Assembly (NCBI GenBank): GCA_963709345.1
Contig: CAVPVX010000007.1
Location: 512,001-576,000 of the forward strand
Direction: 5' to 3'
DNA length: 64,000 nt
DNA from: an uncultured Actinomycetes bacterium
GTDB taxonomy: Bacteria > Actinomycetota > Thermoleophilia > UBA2241
Positions 22,768 through 32,122 of this stretch are shown here, one piece after another. The notes below the pieces were generated by a model. It had not been told where the DNA came from. It was given only the letters and a program-made list of their open reading frames with translations, and did not search any database. Both the position numbers and the translations under genes were made by a program. How positions within the stretch are numbered: the first letter of the stretch is position 1; each line of letters opens with the position of its first letter.

Positions 22768-23601
22768 ATGCTCGACAACTACCTCAAAGCCAATCTCGCC
22801 AGCTGGGATGAGGCCGTAGCCCTGCACGTCGGCTCGGAGCTTTACGACGTGGCCGGGTTCAAGGCGGGCGCCACGTCGCTCGGCCCCATCGAACTCGAAG
22901 AGCTCGGGCCGCTGGTCGGCGAGGGCACCACGCTGCTGCACCTGCAGTGCCACTTCGGGCTCGATACGCTGAGCTGGGCGCGGCAGGGCGCCGATGTGAC
23001 CGGCGTCGACTTCTCCGGCGAAGGCATCGCGACGGCGCGCTCCCTGGCCGACGAAGTCGGCCTCTCCCAGCGCGCGACCTTCATCCAGAGCGACGTCGAA
23101 GGGCTGCCGGACAGGCTGTCCGGCGAGTTCGACGTCGTGTTCAGCTCCTGGGGAGCCCTCATCTGGCTGGGCGACCTGGAGCGCTGGGCGCAGGTGGTCG
23201 CCCGCTTCCTCAAGCCGGGCGGGACCTTCTATATCGCCGAGTTCCACCCCTATGCGTTCCTCATCGCCGACGACGCCACGCCGGAGGCCATGCGCGTGGG
23301 CTATCCCTACTTCCAGCACGGGACCCCCCAGCGCTTCGACGAGCCCGGCGACTACGCCGACCCCGATGCCTCGCAGCGCAACACCGTGACGTTCGAGTGG
23401 AATCACGGCTTCGGCGAGATCATCGACTCACTGCTGCAAAGCGGCCTGAGCCTGGACTTCCTGCACGAGTTCCCGTACACGGTCCCCGGCCTGCCCTTCG
23501 ACTTCCTCGAGATCTGCGAGGACGGGCTGCAGCGCGTCAAGGGGCGCCACGACGACTTCCCGCTCACCTTCTCGCTGAGGATGACGAAGAGCGCACGCTG
23601 A
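22768..23601 (+). CDS. Class I SAM-dependent methyltransferase (tandem paralog)
   Basis: LLHLQCHFGLDTLSWAR, WLGDLERWA, LKPGG, EFHP, FPLTFSL. Confidence 0.9.
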   Translation: MLDNYLKANLASWDEAVALHVGSELYDVAGFKAGATSLGPIELEELGPLVGEGTTLLHLQCHFGLDTLSWARQGADVTGVDFSGEGIATARSLADEVGLSQRATFIQSDVEGLPDRLSGEFDVVFSSWGALIWLGDLERWAQVVARFLKPGGTFYIAEFHPYAFLIADDATPEAMRVGYPYFQHGTPQRFDEPGDYADPDASQRNTVTFEWNHGFGEIIDSLLQSGLSLDFLHEFPYTVPGLPFDFLEICEDGLQRVKGRHDDFPLTFSLRMTKSAR

Positions 23602-23686
23602 GCGGCTTTGGACCGGCGCCTGAGGACCGCCACTGTGGAGCCGCGGCGCCGCAACATTTCTTCACACGCGGACGATCCGGTGAGCC

Positions 23687-23715
23687 TTGACCAGAATCCT
23701 GGTCGAGCGTATTCT
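23687..23715 (+). promoter_or_regulatory. Sigma-A-type promoter TTGACC-N17-TATTCT with an overlapping inverted repeat TTGACCAG-AATC-CTGGTCGA
   Basis: Near-consensus -35/-10 with a 17-bp spacer in an AT-richer intergenic gap. Confidence 0.7.
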
Positions 23716-23720
23716 TTTGG

Positions 23721-23842
23721 TGCGCCTTCACAATCAAAACCTGAGAAGGCGCGTCCCGTCAGGGGGACAAGACCGGTGCTGGCCCACCCGCACCGAAGCC
23801 CCTCGAAGGCGGCGCCTCCCCTCCAGGCGCCGCCTTCATTTT
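23721..23842 (+). ncRNA. Candidate ~120-nt sRNA with four stem-loops and C-rich loops
   Basis: Lies between a promoter and a terminator with no plausible CDS. Stems: GCGCCTTC/GAAGGCGC, GTCCC/GGGAC, CGGTGC/GCACCG, and a 13-bp terminal stem. Confidence 0.55.
23805..23842 (+). terminator. Intrinsic terminator
   Basis: GAAGGCGGCGCCT-CCCCTCC-AGGCGCCGCCTTC followed by ATTTT. Confidence 0.75.
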
Positions 23843-23911
23843 GGGGGACCGTCCACACCTCGCGCCGCACCGCCCCGAGGGCGAGCGGCAGGCGGACGAC
23901 CGCACGCCGCT

Positions 23912-24751
23912 TCAGGCACCGGCGTGCGCCTGCGCGGCGAGCGCCTCGAGAAACGCCGGGAGGCCGGCGCGCGGCACCACGAGATCGGCGGCTGCGCGTA
24001 CCGGCGCGGCGGCCTCGGCCACCGCCACGCCCAGCCCGGCCCAGCGGAGCATCTCGACGTCGTTCATACCGTCGCCCAGTGCGACGACCCGCTCGCGGCG
24101 CAGACCGAGACGGCCGCGGACCCACTCGAGGGCGACGCTCTTGCGCACCGACGCGTCGGCGAACTCGATGTACTCCGCCTGCGAACGGGTCACATACATG
24201 CGGTCGTCCCAGCACGCGTGCAGCTCCGGCGCCAGGCGCTCGACATCGTCGGCGGCGGCGACGAGGACGAGCTTCGTCGGCGGCCTGGCCGCGACCTCCG
24301 CCGCGAGGTCGGGGACCCTGTGGATGCTCACCTCGACGTGCTCGGCGTACCGGCGCGCCCACTCGTTCACCCGCTCGACGTACAGGCGATCGTCGATGTA
24401 GGCGTTGAGGTGCCGGCCGAGACCGGCCACGTGGCGCACCACCTCCGCGGCGAGCTCGCCGTCCATACGCACGTGACGCAGTTCCTCGCCCGAGGCGAGA
24501 TCCGCCACCACGGCCCCCTGATAGCACACGATGAGTCCCTCGTCGACGCCCAGCCGCGCCGCGACCAGCCGCGCGCTGCGGAACATGCGGCCGGTGCAGA
24601 TGACGGTCGGCACCCCGGCCGCGCGAAGCCGCGCCAGCGCCTCGGGGATCCCCGGCGTTATGCGGTGCCCGAAGTCGAGGAGTGTGCCGTCGAGGTCGGC
24701 GGCAACGAGATCGGCGCGAAACCCCGCGGGCGGAAACGGCTCAGCGGTCAA
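23912..24751 (-). CDS. Cof-type HAD-IIB hydrolase
   Basis: DLDGTLL, CTGR, CYQGA, K, ALGDGMNDVEML. Start uncertain (TTG 24751 or ATG 24796). Confidence 0.9.
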   Translation of the reverse strand: MTAEPFPPAGFRADLVAADLDGTLLDFGHRITPGIPEALARLRAAGVPTVICTGRMFRSARLVAARLGVDEGLIVCYQGAVVADLASGEELRHVRMDGELAAEVVRHVAGLGRHLNAYIDDRLYVERVNEWARRYAEHVEVSIHRVPDLAAEVAARPPTKLVLVAAADDVERLAPELHACWDDRMYVTRSQAEYIEFADASVRKSVALEWVRGRLGLRRERVVALGDGMNDVEMLRWAGLGVAVAEAAAPVRAAADLVVPRAGLPAFLEALAAQAHAGA

Positions 24752-24880
24752 CGATTGCCGACCGCCGCGTTCTGGGTACAGTGAAGGTGTATCCATCGAT
24801 ACGAGGAGAAGCACAGACCCCGGCGCCCACGGGGCGGCTTCTCATGAAGGCCTGGCGATTCCCAGGCCTTCCTTCTGCCC

Positions 24881-25444
24881 TCACGAGCGCTTGCCGGTGG
24901 CGCGGCGCAGCGACGTGACGACGAGATCGAGACGGGCGAGGTCAACCCCGCCGAGACGGCGCAGGTCGTCGCGCAGCGTCGCGAACGCGCGCTCGCGAGC
25001 TCCGGCGACGTCGTCCGGCGGCACAGCGGCCTCGAAGCGCGCCCGCCACCCCGCCGGCTCGTGGCGCAGCGACACGCTGCTGACCCGTGAGCCGGGCACC
25101 ACACTCTGAAAGCGGCTCGCCATCCCTCGCTCGAGGCCCGCCACGCTGACCCGCGCCTGGGTATCGCCGTCGGAGAACGAGATCGTCTCGGATCCTTGCC
25201 GGCCGTCGCCGAGCTGGCGTACCGCCAGCACGATGAGGAAGACGGTGGCGGCGGCGAAGACGGCCGCCGCCACTCCGGTGGTGGCCCACGACGGGTCGTC
25301 GGTGAGCGCGGTCCACCAGCTTGACTCCGGCCACCGCAGTGTCCCGTCGGCAGCGAGCGACGCCTGGCGTACCAGCGCGGCGCCGGCCAGCACCAGACAG
25401 GCGATGCCGGCGATGACGGCCGCGACCCGGGCGAGCGCCGTCAC
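24881..25444 (-). CDS. AmaP-like membrane anchor protein (asp23 operon)
   Basis: Two N-terminal TM helices, then an Asp23-like alpha/beta domain. GTGA overlap, downstream of asp23. Confidence 0.65.
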   Translation of the reverse strand: MTALARVAAVIAGIACLVLAGAALVRQASLAADGTLRWPESSWWTALTDDPSWATTGVAAAVFAAATVFLIVLAVRQLGDGRQGSETISFSDGDTQARVSVAGLERGMASRFQSVVPGSRVSSVSLRHEPAGWRARFEAAVPPDDVAGARERAFATLRDDLRRLGGVDLARLDLVVTSLRRATGKRS

Positions 25445-26022
25445 GGCAGGTACCTCCCCAGCTGTGACACCGTGAGCACGCGCACGCGTACGTCGACCCG
25501 GTCGATATCGCGTCCGGCGAGGCGCGCGAACCTCGCGCGCACGGCCGGCTCGACCGCCTCCTTGACGGTCGCGGCATCCGCGAGCGGTCGCGCCAGTACG
25601 TGGGCGCGGGCCCGCAGGGCCCCGCCGCGCCCGGTCAGCGAGACCTCGGCACGGACGACGTCGGGGTGGGAGGCGGTCGCGGCCGCGGCCGCCGGCTGCT
25701 CCAGGGCGGCGGCCGGGACGAGCGCCCCGCCGGTGGCGGAGGCCAGCCACAGCGTCTCCTCCCCGTGACGGAGCACGAGCCAGATCAGGACGGCGAGGAT
25801 CACCAGCGCCGCACCGAGGAGCCACGCCAGCACGACCGCGTCGTCCGAGAGGGACAGGTAGGCGAACGGCGAGAAGCCGCAGCCGAACGCCGCAGCCGTG
25901 AGGCGCGTGGCGAAGAGCATCGCCACGAGACCGCCGGCGAGGAGCAGGCAGAAGGCGGCGAGCCGGGTGGTGGCGCCCGCCGAGAGGCCGGCGGGCCGCC
26001 GCGCGTCAGTCGGCGGAGTCAG
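25441..26022 (-). CDS. AmaP-like membrane protein (asp23 operon); start uncertain (CTG 26022 or GTG 25926)
   Basis: Two TM helices plus a C-terminal IDRVDVRV domain. The frame is open back to a CTG just after GGAGGAG. Confidence 0.65.
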   Translation of the reverse strand: MTPPTDARRPAGLSAGATTRLAAFCLLLAGGLVAMLFATRLTAAAFGCGFSPFAYLSLSDDAVVLAWLLGAALVILAVLIWLVLRHGEETLWLASATGGALVPAAALEQPAAAAATASHPDVVRAEVSLTGRGGALRARAHVLARPLADAATVKEAVEPAVRARFARLAGRDIDRVDVRVRVLTVSQLGRYLP

Positions 26023-26386
26023 TCTGCTCCTCCGGGAAGACGACGTCGGTGACGAGGACGTTGACGGCCCGCACCGGCAGGCCGGTGGTCGCCTCGATCT
26101 GCTCCGTGACGGCCTTGCGGCACTGCTCGGCGACGGCCGGGACGCTGGTGCCGAACGTGATGCTCATCGTGATGTCGATGTCGACGCTGCCCTCGTGCAG
26201 GTCGACGGAGATGCCGGGCGTGCCCTTGTCGCCGCGCAGCCCGGCCAGGGCGCGAGAGCTGGTGCCGCCGAGCGCGTTGATGCCGTCGATGCCGCTGATG
26301 GCCTTGAAGGCGATCTTGGCCACGACGCTGTCGGAGATGGTGACGCCGCCGGTACCGGCGGCCTCAGGCTTGGGGGCTTCACTCAT
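26006..26386 (-). CDS. Asp23/Gls24 family envelope-stress protein
   Basis: GGVTISDSVVAKIA, IEATTGLPVRAVNVLVTDV. Confidence 0.9.
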   Translation of the reverse strand: MSEAPKPEAAGTGGVTISDSVVAKIAFKAISGIDGINALGGTSSRALAGLRGDKGTPGISVDLHEGSVDIDITMSITFGTSVPAVAEQCRKAVTEQIEATTGLPVRAVNVLVTDVVFPEEQTDSAD

Positions 26387-26539
26387 GGCTTTCCTCCCGT
26401 CGTCGGTCGTCTGCGCTCCCCGTGCGTGACTGCCGGGGTCTGCTCTGCCTACTGTACCCGATGAGGGCGCGACTGCTTCAGCCGCAGCCGGTGTCGCGGC
26501 GCAGACGCCGCCCGGCGTCGGTCACGGGTACCGCCATTA

Positions 26540-28789
26540 CTACCCGCACTTCGAGTAGCCGCACGTGCGACACACGACGCAGCCGCCCTCGTGCTCGATG
26601 GCGCCGCCGCAGTCCGGGCAGGCGCCCTGAGCGACCTCGACCAGCGAGAGCTGGGGCTCCGGCGCGGAGCCGGCCTTGGCCGCCGCGCCGGTGACATACC
26701 GGCGCTCGAGCGCCTTGCCGATGGCGTCGGCGCAGCTGAGCGTCGCGTTGGGGCCGATGCCGTAGGGCACGTGACAGCGGATGCCCTTGAGCTGCTCGAC
26801 GATCTCCGCGGCCGAGGCGCCCTTCTTGAGCGCCAGCGAGATCAGCCGGCCCAGCGCCTCGGTGTTGCTCGAGGCGCAGCCGCCGGCCTTGCCCATGTTG
26901 GCGAAGACCTCGCGTGGGCCGTGCTCGTCGTCGTTCATGATCACGAACAGCTTGCCGCAGCCCGTGTCCATGCGCTGCGTCTCGCCGGTGAGCAGCTGCG
27001 GCCGCGAGGGACGCGTGGTGGCGATGCCGCCGGTGGCCGCGTCGCGGTCGCGCGTCTTCTTGCTCTGGCCGACGTTGAGCACCTGCTCCTCACGGCTGCC
27101 GTCGCGGTAGGTCGTGACGCCCTTGCAGCCGCTGCGGAACGCCGCGAGGTAGACGCCTTCGACGTCGTCGGCGGTCGCGTCGTTCGAGAAGTTGACCGTC
27201 TTGGAGACGGCGTTGTCGGTGCTCTTCTGGAACGCCGCCTGCAGCTTGATGTGCCACTCGGGCGTGATGTCGTGCGCCGTCGCGAAGACCTCCTGCACGT
27301 CCGGCGGCACGCCGTCGAGGTGACGCACGGACCCGACCTCGGCGAGACGCTTCATGAAGTCGTCGCTGAAGAAGCCGCGGTCGCGGGCCACCTGCTCGAA
27401 GTAGGGGTGGCCCTCGACCATACGGTCGTCGTCGAGGACGTTGGCGCGCACGTAGCTGAGCGCGAACACCGGCTCGATGCCGCTCGAGCAGCCGGCGATG
27501 ATGCTGATGGTGCCGGTGGGTGCGATGGTCGTCACCGTCGCGTTGCGCACGCGAGCGCCGCCCGCCGTGTCGAAGATCGAGCCCTCGAAGTTCGGGAAGA
27601 CGCCGCGCTCACGGGCCAGGTCTTCGCTGGCGGCGCGCCCCTCGTCGTGGACGAAGCTCATGATCTCGCCGGCGATGCGGCAGGCCTCGTCCGAGTCGTA
27701 GGGCACCTGCAGGCGCAGAAGCATGTCGGCGAAGCCCATGACGCCGAGGCCGATCTTGCGGTTGCCCTTGGTCATCTGCTCGATCTCGGGCAGCGGGTAG
27801 CGGTTGACGTCGATGACGTCGTCGAGAAAGCGCACGGCGGTGCGCACGATGCGCCCCAGAGCGCCGTAGTCGACGTGACCGTCCGGCACCACCTTCGAGA
27901 GGTTGATCGAGCCCAGATTACAAGATTCGTACGGCAATAAGGGTTGCTCACCGCATGGATTTGTGCTCTCGATCTCACCGAGCTGCGGCGTGGGATTGTC
28001 CTCGTTGATGCGGTCGATGAAGACGATGCCGGGGTCGCCGTTCTTCCAGGCGAGGGTGACCATGCTCTTGAACACCTTGCGCGCGTTCAGCGTGCGCACG
28101 GTGTCGCCGGAGCGCGGATTGACGAGCGGGTACTCCTCGTCGGCCTCGACGGCGCGCATGAAGGAGTCGGTGACCGCCACCGAGATGTTGAAGTTGTTCA
28201 GGCGGTCGTCGTCCTGTTTCGCCATGATGAAGTCGAGGATGTCCGGGTGATCGACGCGCATGATGCCCATGTTGGCGCCGCGTCGCGTGCCGCCCTGCTT
28301 GATCGTCTCGGTGGCCGCGTCGAACACGCTCATGAATGAGAGCGGGCCGCTCGAGACTCCCTTGGTGCTGAGCACGACGTCGTTGTGCGGGCGCACGCGC
28401 GAGAAGGAGAAACCGGTGCCGCCACCGCTCTTGTGGATGAGCGCAGTGTTCTTGATCGCCTCGAAGATGGACTCCATGGAGTCGCCGACGGGGAGCACGA
28501 AGCAGGCGGAGAGCTGGCCGAGCTCACGGCCGGCATTCATGAGCGTGGGGCTGTTGGGGAGGAACTCGAGGCTCGTCATGAGCTCGTAGAACGTCGTCTC
28601 CCACTCCTCGACGGGGGCGGCGGGGTTGTAGAGCCGCTCGGCCTGGGCGATGGCGCTCGCGACGCGCCGGAACATCTCCTCCGGGGTCTCCAACACCTCG
28701 CCGTCGTCGCCCTTCTTGAGATACCGGCGCTGCAGCACCTTGAGTGCGTTGGCCGAAAGCTCGATCACTGCCTTCCCCGTGTCAGTCAT
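26540..28789 (-). CDS. nrdJ: Class II (adenosylcobalamin-dependent) ribonucleotide reductase
   Basis: [56 protein letters not shown]-like domain and a C-terminal Zn ribbon ([13 protein letters not shown]). Confidence 0.95.
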   Translation of the reverse strand: MTDTGKAVIELSANALKVLQRRYLKKGDDGEVLETPEEMFRRVASAIAQAERLYNPAAPVEEWETTFYELMTSLEFLPNSPTLMNAGRELGQLSACFVLPVGDSMESIFEAIKNTALIHKSGGGTGFSFSRVRPHNDVVLSTKGVSSGPLSFMSVFDAATETIKQGGTRRGANMGIMRVDHPDILDFIMAKQDDDRLNNFNISVAVTDSFMRAVEADEEYPLVNPRSGDTVRTLNARKVFKSMVTLAWKNGDPGIVFIDRINEDNPTPQLGEIESTNPCGEQPLLPYESCNLGSINLSKVVPDGHVDYGALGRIVRTAVRFLDDVIDVNRYPLPEIEQMTKGNRKIGLGVMGFADMLLRLQVPYDSDEACRIAGEIMSFVHDEGRAASEDLARERGVFPNFEGSIFDTAGGARVRNATVTTIAPTGTISIIAGCSSGIEPVFALSYVRANVLDDDRMVEGHPYFEQVARDRGFFSDDFMKRLAEVGSVRHLDGVPPDVQEVFATAHDITPEWHIKLQAAFQKSTDNAVSKTVNFSNDATADDVEGVYLAAFRSGCKGVTTYRDGSREEQVLNVGQSKKTRDRDAATGGIATTRPSRPQLLTGETQRMDTGCGKLFVIMNDDEHGPREVFANMGKAGGCASSNTEALGRLISLALKKGASAAEIVEQLKGIRCHVPYGIGPNATLSCADAIGKALERRYVTGAAAKAGSAPEPQLSLVEVAQGACPDCGGAIEHEGGCVVCRTCGYSKCG

Positions 28790-29357
28790 GCCCCGTGCTC
28801 CCCTGTGTGACCACCGCGCGCGGCGGTGTGATCAAGACGCTCTCCCGGTAGACGCGCTCGGTGTCGATGCCCGGCAACGGCTCCTCGCCGGGCAGCGGAT
28901 CGGCGCCGGCGACCTCGAGCCGCGCCAGCTCCTGCTCGAACTCCTCGATGTCGTCGAACTGCCTGTAGACGGAGGCGAACCGGATGTACGCCACCTTGTC
29001 GATGTCGCGCAGCTGCCGCAGGGCGCGCTCGCCCACCATCTGCGTGGTGACCGGCGGCGCCGGCGCGCGACGCAGGTCGTTCTCGATGTCGTCGACGGCC
29101 CGCTCCAGGCGCTCGAGCGGGATGTCGCGCTTCTCGCAGGCGCGCAGCAAGCCGTTGAGCACCTTGTGACGTGTGAACAGTTCGTCTCTGCCGTCGCTCT
29201 TGAGCACCACCAGCGGCACCTCTTCAATGCGTTCGTAGGTCGTGTACCGGCGCTCGCAGACCAGGCACTCACGCCGGCGCCGGATAGCGTCGCCGGCCTC
29301 GGAATCGCGAGAATCGACGACTTTGCTCTCATCGCTTGTACAGAACGGACAGCGCAA
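28782..29357 (-). CDS. nrdR: Transcriptional repressor NrdR
   Basis: TTG start, (M)RCPFC...VVDSR...[19 protein letters not shown] cone, [12 protein letters not shown]. Confidence 0.95.
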   Translation of the reverse strand: MRCPFCTSDESKVVDSRDSEAGDAIRRRRECLVCERRYTTYERIEEVPLVVLKSDGRDELFTRHKVLNGLLRACEKRDIPLERLERAVDDIENDLRRAPAPPVTTQMVGERALRQLRDIDKVAYIRFASVYRQFDDIEEFEQELARLEVAGADPLPGEEPLPGIDTERVYRESVLITPPRAVVTQGSTGHD

Positions 29358-29370
29358 GGAATCCCACCTC

Positions 29371-29435
29371 ACCACAAGATGTAGTGCCCCCGGTCAGCGA
29401 GAACACCACTATAGTGTATTCCCTCAGGGTGGCAA
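29371..29435 (-). promoter_or_regulatory. Tandem NrdR boxes (29371-29386, 29401-29416) overlapping the nrdR-nrdJ promoter (TTGCCA-N16-TATAGT)
   Basis: ACCACAAGATGTAGTG and the more degenerate GAACACCACTATAGTG, 30 bp apart, match the acaCwAtATaTwGtg consensus. Confidence 0.75.
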
Positions 29436-29627
29436 GCTTTCCTGCCCCGGACTTCGTGCCCAGATCTGACAGCGATGTCTAAGGCTCTACTCAAGGGTAA
29501 GACTATCGCGAGCGGCGTCCCTTCGCCGCGCCGGCCGGAACGCTACCAGAACCACCGGACGGCAGGCCGCGCCCACGGCAGCGTCGCGCCGACGCGGGCG
29601 GCCCCGCGGCGGTATACTTGGTGGGCC

Positions 29628-30359
29628 GTGAACGTCATCGTCCTCCCCACCTACAACGAACGCGAGAACCTGCGCCACGCCGTGGCGCGCATCCGCGAGG
29701 TCGCGGACGGGCACGACGTGCGGCTGCACACGCTCGTCGTGGACGACGACTCGCCCGACGGCACCGGCGACCTCGCCGACGAACTGGCGCACGAGGTGCC
29801 AGACGTCTCGGTGCTGCACCGCGCCGCCAAGGAGGGTCTGGGCAGAGCGTACATCGCCGGATTCCGCGAGGCCCTCGCCATGGGCGCCGAGCGCATCTTC
29901 GAGATGGACGCCGACCTCAGCCACGACGCGACCTACCTCCCCCACTTCCTGCGGCTCATCGACCAGGGCGCCGACCTCGTGCTCGGCTCGCGCTACGTCA
30001 AGGGCGGCGGAGTCGAGAACTGGGGCCTCTCGCGCAAGATCATCAGCCGCGGCGGCTGCCTCTACGCGCAGACCATCCTCGGACTGCCCTTTCGCGACCT
30101 TACCGGCGGGTACAAGTGCTTCCGCAGGAGCGTCCTCGAGGCGATCGACCTCGACGCGATCGACACCGCCGGCTACGGCTTCCAGATCGAGATGACCTAC
30201 CGCGCCTACAAGATGGGCTTCGAGGTCGTGGAACTGCCGATCATCTTCGTCGATCGCAAGGTCGGCGAGAGCAAGATGTGCAACGACATCGTCGTCGAGG
30301 CGATGAAGAACGTCTGGAAGCTCCGCTTCAGCGGCGTTCCGGCGCGCCGGCCCGGCTGA
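29628..30359 (+). CDS. Polyprenol monophosphomannose synthase (GT2, DPM1-like)
   Basis: VLPTYNEREN, VDDDSPDGT, GLGRAYIAGF, MDADLSH, DLTGGYKCF. -10 TATACT lies just upstream. Confidence 0.92.
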   Translation: MNVIVLPTYNERENLRHAVARIREVADGHDVRLHTLVVDDDSPDGTGDLADELAHEVPDVSVLHRAAKEGLGRAYIAGFREALAMGAERIFEMDADLSHDATYLPHFLRLIDQGADLVLGSRYVKGGGVENWGLSRKIISRGGCLYAQTILGLPFRDLTGGYKCFRRSVLEAIDLDAIDTAGYGFQIEMTYRAYKMGFEVVELPIIFVDRKVGESKMCNDIVVEAMKNVWKLRFSGVPARRPG

Positions 30360-30371
30360 GCCCGCGGCGGC

Positions 30372-31490
30372 ATGCAGCACGACGACCAGTCCTTCAGGAT
30401 CCTCGCCGTCGATGTAGGCGCCGGGACCAGCGACATCCTGCTCACGCGCCCGGGCGAGCCGCTCGAGAACGCCGTGAAGCTCGTCGTGCCCTCGCCGACG
30501 CGGGTCGCCGGCGCGCGCATCGCGGCGGCCACGGCCCGCGGTCAGACGGTGGTCTTCCGCGGGCCGGTGATGGGCGGCGGCGCGGTCGGGGCGGCGATGA
30601 AGGCGCATCTCGCCGCCGGCTTCTCGTTCGTCGCCACCGAGACGGCGGCCTCCACGTTCGCCGACGACCTGGATGAGGTGCGCGCCATGGGCGCGCGTGT
30701 CGTGGGCGAGGGCGCCGCCGCCGAAGTGCTGCGGCGCCTCCCCCCGGACGCGGCCGCGGACGTGCGCAGCGGCGACGTCGACGCGGCCGCGCTCCGCGAG
30801 GCCCTGGCGCTCCTGGGGGCGGACCCGGCGTTCGACGCCGTCGCCGTCGCCGTCCAGGATCACGGCTTCTGCCCGGGCGGCTCCAACCGCGTCTTCCGCT
30901 TCGCCCTCTGGGAGCGCGCCGTCACCGAGCGGCAGCCCATCGGCGACCTCTTCTACGACGTCCCGGCGATACCCCCCGCGCTCACGCGCCTGTCCGCGGC
31001 AGCCGAGGCCGCGGCGAGCCTCGCCGGCGACGGGCCGGCGCTCGTCGCCGACACCGGCCCGGCGGCGCTCTACGGCGCGCTGCCGGAGGGCGCCGGCGAC
31101 GCCGTGCTCGTGAACGTCGGCAACGGCCACACCGTCTGCCTGCTCGCCTTCGACGGACGCGTGGCCGGCGTCTTCGAACACCACACGCGCTGCCTGGACG
31201 GCCCCGGGCTCGAAGACCGGCTCCGGCGCTGGCTGGCCGGCGACCTGGACGGTGACGAGGTGCGCGCCGATCACGGCCACGGGGCCGTGCTCGCCGCCGG
31301 CGCGGCGAAGTGCGACCCGCTGAGCCTGCCGATGTACGTGACCGGGCCGCGCCGTGAGCTGCTCGCCGACAGCGGGCTGCCGCTCGAGTTCCCGGCGCCG
31401 CACGGCGATATGATGCTCACCGGCTGCTTCGGCCTGCTGCGCGCCCTGCGCGAGCACGGTGCGGCGCCGCACGCGGAGACCGCCACGTGA
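30372..31490 (+). CDS. DUF1786 family (ASKHA-fold) protein
   Basis: ILAVDVGAGTSD, AVQDHG, NVGNGHT, GVFEHHT, PHGDMMLTGCFGL. Confidence 0.8.
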   Translation: MQHDDQSFRILAVDVGAGTSDILLTRPGEPLENAVKLVVPSPTRVAGARIAAATARGQTVVFRGPVMGGGAVGAAMKAHLAAGFSFVATETAASTFADDLDEVRAMGARVVGEGAAAEVLRRLPPDAAADVRSGDVDAAALREALALLGADPAFDAVAVAVQDHGFCPGGSNRVFRFALWERAVTERQPIGDLFYDVPAIPPALTRLSAAAEAAASLAGDGPALVADTGPAALYGALPEGAGDAVLVNVGNGHTVCLLAFDGRVAGVFEHHTRCLDGPGLEDRLRRWLAGDLDGDEVRADHGHGAVLAAGAAKCDPLSLPMYVTGPRRELLADSGLPLEFPAPHGDMMLTGCFGLLRALREHGAAPHAETAT

Positions 31491-31521
31491 GCGCCGGCAA
31501 CACACCTCCCGGTGCCGACGC

Positions 31522-32064
31522 GTGACCCGCCATCGCTCGACCGGCCTCATCGTCCCCGTCGAGACGGCGCGACCGCTCACGAACGCCTGGGCCGCCCTGG
31601 CGCCGCTCGCGAACCGCGCCCTTCCGCCGCACGTCACGGCGCTCTGGCCGTTCCTGCCCGCCGAAGCGCTCGACGGCGACGTCGAGCGGGAACTCGAGGC
31701 GCTCGTCGCCGGCGCCGCTGCCTTCGACTTCACACTGGCGCGGCTCTCCGAGTTCTCCGACGTCGTGTTTCTCTCGCCCGAGCCGGCCGAGCCCTTCGCC
31801 GCGCTCACCCGCCTGCTCTGGCGACGCTGGCCGGAGTGCCCCCCGTTCGGCGGCGCCTACCCCGAGATCGTCCCCCACCTGACGGTGGCGCTCGACCCGG
31901 ACCCGGCGACGCGCCAGGCGATCGCGCGCGCGCTGGCCGGCCGCCTCCCCGTGGCGACCAGGGCGGAGAGCGTCCTCCTCATCGAGGAGGGCGAAGACGG
32001 CACGCTGAGGGAACGGCGGCGCTTCGCCCTGGGCGACGCGCCCGGGAGACGCCCCGGCCGCTGA
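31522..32064 (+). CDS. 2H phosphoesterase (2'-5' RNA ligase family)
   Basis: Two HxT motifs: PHVTALWPF and PHLTVA. Confidence 0.85.
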   Translation: MTRHRSTGLIVPVETARPLTNAWAALAPLANRALPPHVTALWPFLPAEALDGDVERELEALVAGAAAFDFTLARLSEFSDVVFLSPEPAEPFAALTRLLWRRWPECPPFGGAYPEIVPHLTVALDPDPATRQAIARALAGRLPVATRAESVLLIEEGEDGTLRERRRFALGDAPGRRPGR

Positions 32065-32122
32065 CACGGTCCCGGTTCGACGAGGCCGCGGCAAGGCGCG
32101 GGCGCCCCGCGAGAGCGCCGGC

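Noticed and set aside
23620-23845. SRP RNA, RNase P, tmRNA, 6S RNA or cobalamin riboswitch
   Set aside because: None of their diagnostic motifs or lengths fit. Kept only as an unassigned sRNA candidate.
26540-28789. Intein currently present in NrdJ
   Set aside because: The protein is normal length and the NPCGEQ and GGTRRGA motifs are uninterrupted.
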